From positions 352,001-416,000 of the forward strand of contig CAVZRV010000031.1 in assembly GCA_963777605.1 (NCBI GenBank): a stretch of 64,000 bases of DNA. The letters are read 5' to 3'. Source of the DNA: an uncultured Acidobacteriota bacterium. Lineage in GTDB: Bacteria > Acidobacteriota > UBA6911 > RPQK01 > JAPXNP01. The position numbers were made by a program, and so were the translations under genes. Below, one piece after another: positions 1-9,009 of the stretch (position 1 is the stretch's first letter; each line of letters begins with the position of its first letter). The notes beneath the pieces were generated by a model, which worked only from the letters and a program-made list of their open reading frames with translations, made no database searches and was not told where the DNA came from.

Positions 1-1593
1 CAGGTAAGTCGAATGGATCAGCGCTCCCTGCCCGCTGAACTTGGCGACGTACGCATCATCCTCACCCTGCAGTCCCGACTGAACCGCCTTGAGTACGGGG
101 AAATCGGCCGATGGAGTGCGGCCAACGACATAGATGTTTCCGGATGGATCGAGTGCGACATCCTGTCGTCCGGAGAGATTGTCGTCTCCGCTGCCCCCGA
201 GGTAAGTCGAAAAGACCAGGCCCGAACCATCTGATAGTTGAGCTTCGACACAAAGCCGTCCCATCCGCCCGCACGAGTTCGGCTGAAATGCGCTTTTCAC
301 CGGGAAGTCCGAACTCGACGTTCGGCCCGTGATCACGGCACTGCCATCCGAATCGACCGCGACTGCGGCTCCGTAACCCCGGCCGACGAACGTGGAATAG
401 ACCAGCTGCGAGCCGTCCGAACCGAGTTTCACAACAAAGGGACACTGGCCGGAGCAGTCAGTCTGGTAGGAACCGTTTGTCGCCGGGAAGTCGGCCGAGA
501 AATGTGGTACCGGTGACGAACGACTTCTCCGTCCGAGTCCACCGCGATATCGCGGGCGATGTCGGTTCCAGATCCTCCTATATAGGTCGAATAAATGATC
601 GAGGACCCGCTCGGATCCAACTTAGTGACGAAGAGATCACCGTTGGGCGTTCCGCCACCTGCGAATTCCTCCTGGGCCGGGTTCCTCAGAGGGAAAGTCC
701 GTGGAACCCGTGGAGCCGGCGACATAGAGATAACCATCCCGGTCCACCGCCACCGCAGCCGGCACATCCCCCGACGATCCGCCCCAATAGGTCGAGAACT
801 CCAGCACCGGGTCAATGATCAATTCGCGACTCCGGTCATAGGATGGATCGACTTCAATCGAAACCCTGTCGTCGGGGCCAAGCTGAAACCGCCCTTCTAC
901 GCTTTGTTGGCGGCCGTCCACCAGTTGGTAGATGCGGGGGGAGTGCTGCCGAATCACTGAAGAGCCCAGGCTCAAAACGAGTTCTCCGTGCCGGCCGAGC
1001 TCCAGGGAATCGGCCCCGGTGAATCTCAGCTGGATTCGGGACGCATCGGCCAAGGGAGACACCACGAAATCGAATTCGAGCTGCTGCCGATCCCCGTGAA
1101 ACCGCAGGTCGATGCCGGGATAGACATTCGGATAGCGGACACTTAGAACGTTGCGAGCCGTGCTGGGCTGAGTCCCGGCAGAGGGTCCGACGCCGATGTA
1201 GGTGGTGCGACCCACCAGTTCCCCTTCTCCCCGGGGAGCAACTCCCGGAGTACTGTCAACAAGCTCCATCCGAATCCGGGGTGAACCGGTACTCGATTGC
1301 GCAACCGTGTGGTTCGGGAACTCTGCAGGTGCCCTTTCGACCCAAACGATCTCATCCCGGCTCAACATCATCGTAAACCCGGGAAGACGAACCCGGAAGC
1401 CCGGGTTGAAAGAAGCCTGCCGAATGTCTTCCTCAAAAGCGAACGGCCGCACCAGATCACGGGTGCGGTAATGGGTTGTTGTCCCCGCACCAAGGACGGA
1501 GTCACTTGACGGCAGGCCCAGCAAAAGAAGGGTTGTCGCAATCCAGGCGGACAGGAAAACCGGTTTCAGAGAAGGCTTGTTGACTGGTCGCAT
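1..1593 (-). CDS. Secreted SBBP (beta-propeller) repeat protein; frameshifted, runs off the window end
   Basis: ATG at 1593 (MRPVNKPS) with a hydrophobic signal stretch. Typical N-domain (YPNVYPGIDL..LEFDFVV..YDRSRELIIDPVLEFSTYWGG). SBBP repeats (DLFVTKLDPSGSSIIYSTYIGGSGTD; LVFSTYLGGSGDD) continue in other frames after shifts near 690, 510 and 250. Confidence 0.85.
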
Positions 1594-1809
1594 GAAGCCT
1601 CTATTCCACGGTTGCGAGATGGAGTCAGGAAGACCGGCGCAGGGAGGTCCGGGAGCCGGAACCTCTTTTCCATCTCTGATTATAGGAAGTGTTTTATTTA
1701 CTTTACCGGAACTTCCTTCAGTGGGTCCAGAGGTTTCTCGTGGATCGCTCTGTCTGGTCTGCCGTGCCCGCGTCCAGTATCCGCTTGTCAGACTCTTTCT
1801 TGGAATCTC

Positions 1810-2030
1810 AATCGACCGGAATTGGCCCGATCGTGAAAGCGCTGCATGGCATGGCGGAAAGGATTCCCGGATCAAGGCTCACCTGGATCTGGGGTTTGTA
1901 TACCGAGGTCACGACGTGGTTCGTCTTCTTTGCAGTCGTCTCAGGTTCGGCTCTCTGGGTAACGCGAAGACGCAGGAGAAGGAACGGAGTGATCCTCGGG
2001 CTTGGTGCGTTGATCCTCCCTCTACCAGAC
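1810..2030 (+). pseudogene. C-terminal remnant of a PepSY-associated TM-helix-like membrane protein
   Basis: KALHG...WIWGLYTEVTTWFVFFAVVSGSALW..RRRRRNGVILGLG resembles the LH...SG.xLW..R pattern of PepSY_TM proteins. No convincing start or N-terminal half. Confidence 0.4.
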
Positions 2031-2034
2031 GTAG

Positions 2035-3435
2035 TTACTCGGGCGCCTTCCTCGATTTGAGGAACGCGACGACTTGGTCCAGTTCCTTGGCGGACAATAT
2101 CCCGCCGAAACCCGGCATGTTGTATCCACCGTTGAGCACGCGGATGATCATTTGCTGCTCGGTCAGGCGATCTCCGACCGTCGTCAGATCGGGTCCCCGC
2201 CGGCCACCGTATCCCGATACTCTGTGGCAGTAGAGGCACCCCCGAGTCGCAAACAGCCCCGCTCCCAGGTGAACTGGTCCTGCCGCGGCGCCGATCACCG
2301 AGTCCGGAAGGGGCTGGGCGCTGAAATCCGGCGACCAGTCCGCCTGGACTCCCGCCCGCCAAAGCACGGCGACCGAAACAACGATGGCCAGGACGCTGGC
2401 TACGGCCCAAGGTCGCTTTCGAGGACTCCGTTCCCCCGTTGGAAAGACGATCGGAAGAAGGAGCAGGACGAGGACCGCCAGGAGGGGCCCGAGAATAATC
2501 ACGTAGTCTTCGGCTCCATGGGGAAGCAGTGCCAGCACCGCGAAATACCAGAGCAGGTACCAGTCCGGCCTCGGCTGAGCATCGATGATGGTGGGATCGG
2601 GCGGCCGGCCAATCACCGGAGGTCCGATCCACCAGGCGAGGAAGACGACTCCGAGCAGCACGACGACCCCGAAAATCACGTCTCTCCAAGCCGCACCGGG
2701 CCAGAACGGGATCCCTTTCGACTCCAACATCGAGGTGTACCAGACCCGGTAACTCCGCTGGTCGACCAGCCTTCCCGGGACCGGCGGTTCGGAGATCCCA
2801 TTCCGAATCACCATATAAATGTGAAATCCAACCGTCGCGATGATGACCCCTGGGAGCACGAAAACGTGGATCACGAAGAACCGGCTCAGGGTAATGCTGC
2901 TGAGGGTTCCCCCTGCCAGGAGAAGACGTGCCAGCCAGTCACCGACCAACGGAGCACGACCGGCCTGTTCGGCCCCTACGACAATCGACCAGACAGCGTT
3001 CTGGTCCCAACGCAGCAACTGCCCGGTGAACCCCATGCCCACCGTCAGGAAGAGCAGACCGACGCCGCTGATCCAGCTCATCTCGCGAGGAAACTTGTAG
3101 GAGCCGGTCAAAAAGACCCGGATCATGTGGGCACCAATGAAGAGGATCATCGCCGATGCTCCCCAGTAGTGCATGCCTCGGACTATGGCTCCGAGTGTCG
3201 CGGTATCCGTAATGAATTTCAGACTCTGGTAGGCCTCTGACGAGGAGGGTACATACAAGGTTGCCAGGACCACGCCGGTTACCATCTGAATGACAAAGGA
3301 AATCAGTACTGCACTGCCGAAAACATAACTCCAGCCCGTGTTCGGAGGCACAGGGTGGCTGGCAAGTGGCGCCAGCATATCAACAAGACCGGTCCGGTCG
3401 TTCAGCCAATCCAGAACCGTCTTCAAGATCCCCAT
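2035..3435 (-). CDS. Cytochrome b of a Rieske/cytb (bc) complex, C-terminally fused to a monoheme cytochrome c
   Basis: Heme-ligand His residues (GMHYWG, AHMIRVF, IHVF, GFHIY), YKFPRE, Qo-site PDWY, and C-terminal CLYCH...GPDLT...NMP. Confidence 0.95.
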   Translation of the reverse strand: MGILKTVLDWLNDRTGLVDMLAPLASHPVPPNTGWSYVFGSAVLISFVIQMVTGVVLATLYVPSSSEAYQSLKFITDTATLGAIVRGMHYWGASAMILFIGAHMIRVFLTGSYKFPREMSWISGVGLLFLTVGMGFTGQLLRWDQNAVWSIVVGAEQAGRAPLVGDWLARLLLAGGTLSSITLSRFFVIHVFVLPGVIIATVGFHIYMVIRNGISEPPVPGRLVDQRSYRVWYTSMLESKGIPFWPGAAWRDVIFGVVVLLGVVFLAWWIGPPVIGRPPDPTIIDAQPRPDWYLLWYFAVLALLPHGAEDYVIILGPLLAVLVLLLLPIVFPTGERSPRKRPWAVASVLAIVVSVAVLWRAGVQADWSPDFSAQPLPDSVIGAAAGPVHLGAGLFATRGCLYCHRVSGYGGRRGPDLTTVGDRLTEQQMIIRVLNGGYNMPGFGGILSAKELDQVVAFLKSRKAPE

Positions 3436-3472
3436 AAATACCGTTTCCCTTCCCCTCGAAACAGGATCGTCC

Positions 3473-3985
3473 TCAAGTGATCGGAATTGGACTCGACTGA
3501 ACCTGGACCTTTCCGTTCCGCACTCTCACCGGATACTCTTGAAGCGGCTTCGGCGGCGGCCCGGCTGCCACATTGCCATCGATGTAGTAGACCCCTCCGT
3601 GGCATGGACACATGAAAAGCTTCGCACTCGACTCCCATCTAACCGGGCAGCCCAAATGAGTGCAATTTAGCGAATAAACGACGAAATCTTCTTCACCACG
3701 CCGGTACAGCCAGGCTCCGGTCTTGGCTGTCACGCCAGACCAGGGAACCGTCGAGACATCCTCAATGCTGATCTCAACGATTTTCCCAACTTCGAACTGC
3801 CCCATGCGCCCAACCTCTCGCCAGGCCCCGGGCAATTTCCTGAACAGCGGTGCAAACAGGAAACCGACGACCGGGACGGCCAAGACGGCTCCGCCGACTG
3901 CTCCGGCAACTGCGCTCAGGTAGGTGAAGAATCTCCTCCTCGACGCTGACTGCAGGGGTTTACTGTGATCGGCGTTAGTTGTCAC
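3473..3985 (-). CDS. Rieske 2Fe-2S subunit of the bc complex
   Basis: TAT-like SRRRFF plus TM helix; CTHLGC and CPCHGGVY boxes; GPPPKPL. Confidence 0.95.
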   Translation of the reverse strand: MTTNADHSKPLQSASRRRFFTYLSAVAGAVGGAVLAVPVVGFLFAPLFRKLPGAWREVGRMGQFEVGKIVEISIEDVSTVPWSGVTAKTGAWLYRRGEEDFVVYSLNCTHLGCPVRWESSAKLFMCPCHGGVYYIDGNVAAGPPPKPLQEYPVRVRNGKVQVQSSPIPIT

Positions 3986-4226
3986 TATTCAGTTCTCCAA
4001 TCCAGTGATATAGGGAAATCGCAAATCCGATGAGCCCCACTACTGAAATGACCCAGGAAGTCAGAAAGCCGAACAACAGAACGACGGAGGTTAAAGCCGC
4101 AATGGCGGGCCAATAGGTTGGATCCGGCACCTCGGGAGACCGGGGTTCGGTCCAATCCTCTCGACTCTTGGTCTCTGCTACCCCACGAACTGCCCGGAGT
4201 CCATTTCGATCCTCAGTCACGCTCAC
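3975..4226 (-). CDS. Small two-TM protein, probable oxidase subunit IV-like / supercomplex accessory subunit
   Basis: 83 aa, PTYWP followed by two hydrophobic helices; lies inside the operon and overlaps the Rieske start. Confidence 0.7.
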   Translation of the reverse strand: MSVTEDRNGLRAVRGVAETKSREDWTEPRSPEVPDPTYWPAIAALTSVVLLFGFLTSWVISVVGLIGFAISLYHWIGELNSDN

Positions 4227-4259
4227 AACTTCCTTTCCCGTCCTGTCTCTCCCGTTCTC

Positions 4260-5084
4260 TCATTCTCGTCCTCCATCGGGCACGCCGCCTCCCGACGACT
4301 GGAGTTCGGGAGTGCCGTACCATCGCCCGAGGACAATCATGAGTGCTGTCAGAAAAAAAATGCCTCCCAGGACCCACATGAGAACACCACCCAATTGCTG
4401 ATCGTCGGCCGCATCAAGTCCCCAGGTGTTTCGAATCAGATTCAACGCGTGGTAGGGGTCCTCGGGGTTCAGATAGTAGGGATAGAACCCGGCAGGGGCA
4501 AAGGTCAACAGGACTCCAAGCAATGTGTTGGTCAGAGCTCCCAATCCGAGATAAGTCACTGCCGTTGCAGTCTGATATCGATACTCGTCGAGTGGAGTGA
4601 AAATCGGCCACCAAAAGATCGCGCCCGTTACGAGAAAGGTCAGATGCTCAAAAATGTGGATACGCTCGTCGACAAGCGTGGCGTTGTAGAGAAACGGAAG
4701 GTGCCAGATCCAAAGGGTTCCAATCCCCAGTAACCATGCAAGGCGAGGCTCCGAAAGTATGGCCTGTAACCGGCTGACCCAACCGTGCCGAAGGGCGGAT
4801 CGGAGCTCCGCCTTCGGCAGACCCGAAATCATCAGGGGTGGAACCAACAGAACCAGCAGGAGGTGCTGCATCATGTGAGCGCTGAACAGGTAGGTGTCGC
4901 CCAGTTCATCCAAGGGCGACACCAGTGCAAGGAGAAGGAACAATACCCCCGACCCATAAAGCAGGACAGAACGGAGCGGCCGCCCCCGCGCGACAACCAG
5001 ATGCCCCACAAAGAGCAGCGCACAGCCCACCAGGATTGATGGTTCGGGCTCCCAGGTCGACTCAAGCAGTTCCAGTGTCGTCAT
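4260..5084 (-). CDS. ctaG: Cytochrome c oxidase assembly factor, Caa3_CtaG family
   Basis: SPLD...LFSAHMMQHLL, WIWHLP, HIFEH, DQQLGGVLMW motifs; start taken at ATG 5084 (MTTLELL). Confidence 0.92.
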   Translation of the reverse strand: MTTLELLESTWEPEPSILVGCALLFVGHLVVARGRPLRSVLLYGSGVLFLLLALVSPLDELGDTYLFSAHMMQHLLLVLLVPPLMISGLPKAELRSALRHGWVSRLQAILSEPRLAWLLGIGTLWIWHLPFLYNATLVDERIHIFEHLTFLVTGAIFWWPIFTPLDEYRYQTATAVTYLGLGALTNTLLGVLLTFAPAGFYPYYLNPEDPYHALNLIRNTWGLDAADDQQLGGVLMWVLGGIFFLTALMIVLGRWYGTPELQSSGGGVPDGGRE

Positions 5085-5088
5085 AGCA

Positions 5089-5649
5089 TCATCCAAGAAA
5101 GGCCCACAGGTAGATGACGCCGAAGATGAAGACCCAGACCACGTCGACGAAATGCCAGTACATAGAGACGGCCTCAACTGCGACCAACTTTGGCTTCTCG
5201 AGTCCGCTCCGCGCTCCCATCCAGAAAACCACCGCGAGCATGATCAGCCCGACTGTCACGTGCAGCCCATGAAATCCAGTCACCGTGAAAAAAGTAGTCC
5301 CGAAAAGATCCCGGCTGATGGTGACATGCTGTCGAATGAGATCCGCATACTCCAGACCCTGGCCCACAAGGAATGTCAGCCCAAAGAGTATCGTCAGTGC
5401 CAGCCAGCCCAACGCCTTTCGCGAGCGATTCGCCTTCCGGACCTGTACGCCCGCTTGCCAGACCGTAAAACTGCTCGCAAACAGAAACAAGGAAAAGACT
5501 CCCGTCTTGTAGATATTTAAACTGCTGGCCGCGGTCGGGCCATTGCCGTGAGTCCGGTGGTAGGTCACGTAGGCGAGGATGAGGAGCAGGAAGAACACCG
5601 CCTCAGACAACAGAAAGAGGCTCATCGCCAGCTTGTTCTTTTCACTCAT
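5089..5649 (-). CDS. ctaE: Cytochrome c oxidase subunit III (short form)
   Basis: LSEAVFF, TGFHGLHV, YWHFVDVVW. Confidence 0.95.
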   Translation of the reverse strand: MSEKNKLAMSLFLLSEAVFFLLLILAYVTYHRTHGNGPTAASSLNIYKTGVFSLFLFASSFTVWQAGVQVRKANRSRKALGWLALTILFGLTFLVGQGLEYADLIRQHVTISRDLFGTTFFTVTGFHGLHVTVGLIMLAVVFWMGARSGLEKPKLVAVEAVSMYWHFVDVVWVFIFGVIYLWAFLG

Positions 5650-5658
5650 GGCAGGACC

Positions 5659-7323
5659 TCACGCTCCTCCCTCATGTTTCCAGTCGGGATCATCGGGATG
5701 CTCAAGGTCCCAGAGGGGTCGCCGGCTTCGAACCGGCGGGAGGCTCTCAAAATTCTCTACCGGTGGCGGAGAAGCGGTAGCCCATTCCAAGGTCCAACCC
5801 TGCCAGGGATTGGGCCCGGCGAGTTCACCTCGGAACGCGCTGTAGGCTAGGTTCACGCCGAAGATGAGCATCGAGATTGCCAGCAGGTAGGCGCTCAACG
5901 TCGAGATCTCGTTGAGGACACCGAGATAGGGCAGATCCGGGTACGTAAACACTCGCCGCGGCATCCCGAGCAGTCCCATAAAGTGCATGACGAAGAAGGT
6001 TCCGTTGAAGCCAATTACGATGAGCCAGAAATGGACCTTTCCCAGCCGCTCCGACAGCATCCGCCCGGTCATCTTCGGAAACCAGTAGTAAATGGCGGAG
6101 AAGAGCGTGAAGAGCGCGCCGCCGAAGAGGACATAGTGGAAGTGAGCCACCACGAAGTAGGTGTCGGTCAACTCCCAGTCGATCGGCACCGCTGCGAATG
6201 CCACCCCGCTGAGGCCACCGATCGTGAACTGGATGATGAACGCAGAGGCAAACAGCATCGGGGTTGAAAACCGGATCTTGCCACCCCACATCGTGGCAAG
6301 CCAGTTGAAGATCTTGATCCCGGTGGGCACGGCAATCAGCATGCTGGCGCCGGCAAACACGTAGTAAATCGGAAATCCGAGGCCGGTCGCAAACATGTGG
6401 TGGACCCAGACGCCGAAACTCAGGAAGGCGATGGCGACCGTTGACATTGCCATGAACCCATAGCCGTAGATGGTCTTGCGAGAGAACACCGGAATCACCT
6501 CGGAGACCATGCCGAAACCGGGGAGGATCATGATGTAGACTTCCGGGTGTCCGAAGAACCAGAAGTAGTTCTGCCACAACAGGGCCGACCCTCCCGCCTG
6601 GGGCTGAAAGAAGAGCGCGTTCAACTGGCGGTCGGCCAGTAGCATCACCAGGGCGGCATTCAGGGCGGGCATCGCAAGGATGATCAGGAAGCCGTTGACG
6701 AAGGTCATCCAGACGAACAGCGGAAGCCGGCGCATGGTCATTCCCGGAGCCCGGAGAGTAATCACGGTAACAACAATATTGATCGCCGACGCGACCGTGC
6801 CGACGCCAACTGCCAGAAGGGCAAGTGCCCAGTAGTCTTCACCAGGACTGAATGAGTAGGCCTTCTCGGTCAACGGAGCGTAGGCGAACCAGCCCGCAGC
6901 CGGGGCGCCCCCAGCGACAATACTGAAATAGAGGAGCAATCCTCCTGCGACCGTAATCCAGAATCCAAAAGCATTCAGCCTTGGAAAGGCCATGTCCCTC
7001 GCCCCAATCATCAGGGGAATGAAATACATCGCAAAACCCAACAGGGACGGTACGACCACCAGGAAGATCATCGTGGTGCCGTGCATGGTGAACACCTGGT
7101 TGTAAGTGTCTGGAGACAGCCAATTGTTCTCAGGCCTGATCAACTGGGTGCGCATGATCAGAGCTTCCGTCAGGCCAACCAGGAAAAAGAACCCGGCCGA
7201 CAGGAGGTACATGATCCCAATCTGCTTGTGATCGACGGAACTCACCCAGCTCAACAGTCCTCGATACTCGGGGACATCCCAGATCGAACCTCCCTTTTCC
7301 AGATGACGCACGCTCTCGCTCAT
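5659..7323 (-). CDS. ctaD: Cytochrome c oxidase subunit I, A1 type
   Basis: DHKQIGIMY, TMHGTTMIF, FWFFGHPEVY, VWVHHMF, VVAHFHY, GMPRR. Confidence 0.98.
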   Translation of the reverse strand: MSESVRHLEKGGSIWDVPEYRGLLSWVSSVDHKQIGIMYLLSAGFFFLVGLTEALIMRTQLIRPENNWLSPDTYNQVFTMHGTTMIFLVVVPSLLGFAMYFIPLMIGARDMAFPRLNAFGFWITVAGGLLLYFSIVAGGAPAAGWFAYAPLTEKAYSFSPGEDYWALALLAVGVGTVASAINIVVTVITLRAPGMTMRRLPLFVWMTFVNGFLIILAMPALNAALVMLLADRQLNALFFQPQAGGSALLWQNYFWFFGHPEVYIMILPGFGMVSEVIPVFSRKTIYGYGFMAMSTVAIAFLSFGVWVHHMFATGLGFPIYYVFAGASMLIAVPTGIKIFNWLATMWGGKIRFSTPMLFASAFIIQFTIGGLSGVAFAAVPIDWELTDTYFVVAHFHYVLFGGALFTLFSAIYYWFPKMTGRMLSERLGKVHFWLIVIGFNGTFFVMHFMGLLGMPRRVFTYPDLPYLGVLNEISTLSAYLLAISMLIFGVNLAYSAFRGELAGPNPWQGWTLEWATASPPPVENFESLPPVRSRRPLWDLEHPDDPDWKHEGGA

Positions 7324-8252
7324 TGCAACTCCTCGAGATAGTTCGCGATTTCCTCGAATGCCTTCCGATCCAGGTTCAGCCGGGGCATGTGAGAGCCCGG
7401 TTTGTACTTCTGGGGATCGGTGATCCAGTTGAGGAGGTTTTCCCGGGTGTTGTAAAAGACTCCGGCTGCCAGGGTCTGGCGAGAGCCCACGTGCGTGAGA
7501 TCGGGACCGACGGTTCCCTTGGCTTTGGTCCCCCGGATGGTGTGACAGCTCGAACAGGTCTCCTGCTCGAATAGCCGGGCCCCTTCGCGGGCATCGGCCC
7601 CCGTGGGTTCGTGCGCCGCAACCGACTGCTCTTCAATCCAGGTATTGAAGGCCGCTTCCGGTTCGGCGATGACCCGGATGCGCATCCAGGCGTGCCCCGC
7701 CCCACAGAATTCGGCACAACTTCCCAGGTAGGTGCCCGGTTCGAGGACGTCGTACCAGGCGTAGTTGGGGTGGTTGGGAATGGCATCGACCTTTTGGCCC
7801 AGCGCTGGCACCCAGAAGTCATGAACGACGTCCGCCGATCGCACCTGGAACAAGAGATCCCGGCCAACCGGAATATGAATCTCGTTGGCCGTAGTGACTC
7901 CGCCAGGAAGGTAGTGGACTTCCCACCACCATTGGTGAGCCACGATCTCGACATCGGGCGGCTTACCGGCCGGCTTCGGGTCTACCGCGTGCATCACCTT
8001 GACCGTGTAGATGAACAGTCCCGTCACGATGAGCAGAGGAACAATGGTCCAGATCCACTCCAGCGTCTCGTTGCCGAAGTCCTGGACCGGGACGAAATCA
8101 GGGGGTTGCCTCCGGTTGCGAACGATGATCGCAACAACCAGGCCGGCGACCACCAGGAGAATTGCCCCGGCAATGACCAGGTTGACGTAGAAAAGCCTCG
8201 CGATTTCCTCCGCCTGGGCAGAGGAAGGTAGCAGCGGGCTGACAACATCCAT
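7320..8252 (-). CDS. coxB: Cytochrome c oxidase subunit II with fused cytochrome c (caa3 type)
   Basis: HQWWW, CuA ligands DVVHDFW and CAEFCGAGHAWM, C-terminal CSSCH...GPDLTH...MP; start ATG 8252; 4-bp overlap with the subunit I start. Confidence 0.95.
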   Translation of the reverse strand: MDVVSPLLPSSAQAEEIARLFYVNLVIAGAILLVVAGLVVAIIVRNRRQPPDFVPVQDFGNETLEWIWTIVPLLIVTGLFIYTVKVMHAVDPKPAGKPPDVEIVAHQWWWEVHYLPGGVTTANEIHIPVGRDLLFQVRSADVVHDFWVPALGQKVDAIPNHPNYAWYDVLEPGTYLGSCAEFCGAGHAWMRIRVIAEPEAAFNTWIEEQSVAAHEPTGADAREGARLFEQETCSSCHTIRGTKAKGTVGPDLTHVGSRQTLAAGVFYNTRENLLNWITDPQKYKPGSHMPRLNLDRKAFEEIANYLEELQ

Positions 8253-8275
8253 TTTCGTCAAACCAATCAGTTGAA

Positions 8276-8554
8276 TCAGAGCCGCGATCTCAAGATCAGA
8301 CTCAGTATCGCGACAAAAAGCGCAGACCCAATGATCGACCAGATGATCGGGAACGAATTCCCTCCAACCTGGACAGCCAGAACCCCTCCGAGACCAAGAA
8401 TCCGGGCGAGCCAGCTCCCGATCAGAGCTCCGACGAAACCGAGGGCGATTGAGCCAAGACATCCCGTGTGGGAGTAGCCGACGAGGCTCTGGCCGAGGGT
8501 ACCGCAGACGCCGGCAATCAGCAAGAGCAACAGGAACTCAACCAGTGTCACCAA
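8276..8554 (-). CDS. GlsB/YeaQ/YmgE (transglycosylase-associated) small membrane protein
   Basis: GCLGSIALGFVGALIGSWL...IIWSIIGSALFVAIL pattern; GGAGG RBS upstream. Confidence 0.85.
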   Translation of the reverse strand: MVTLVEFLLLLLIAGVCGTLGQSLVGYSHTGCLGSIALGFVGALIGSWLARILGLGGVLAVQVGGNSFPIIWSIIGSALFVAILSLILRSRL

Positions 8555-8855
8555 TCCTCCCCGGGATCATCTCGGACGCGGAAACCCATGCAACTCCTCA
8601 TGTCCCAAACCGGACCATGAACCCCAATCCGAAGTTACGGAAGCCGGCGAAAAGCCGCAATCGGCTCAGGTCCGAGATTTATCTAGGGATTTTACTTAGC
8701 ATGTGCGCAAAGAACTTTCGGGGCACGGAGAAACGTCGGTTCAGCAGCCGGGCTGGTCACCCCCTTCGACTTCGATTGCGTCAGGCACCGGAGCCAGACC
8801 CCCTGATCTTTGGTCTGCCAGGTTCGCAGATTTCGGCTCGATCGGAGCGCTAACG

Positions 8856-8898
8856 CTTTGAGTTGCGAGTGACGACTTTCGGGTTTCGAGTGTTTGAT
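8856..8898. repeat. Degenerate heptamer tandem array
   Basis: TTTGAGT TGCGAGT GACGACT TTCGGGT TTCGAGT, intergenic. Confidence 0.5.
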
Positions 8899-9009
8899 TC
8901 TCCTTGACGGGCGGTTTCCCGGGGTGTATTCAGGAAGACAACCACCCGCCTCCGGGGCCGACCATCCCGGACCTCGAGATGGCTGGTTCACTTCACTCTG
9001 GCTGGGGAA

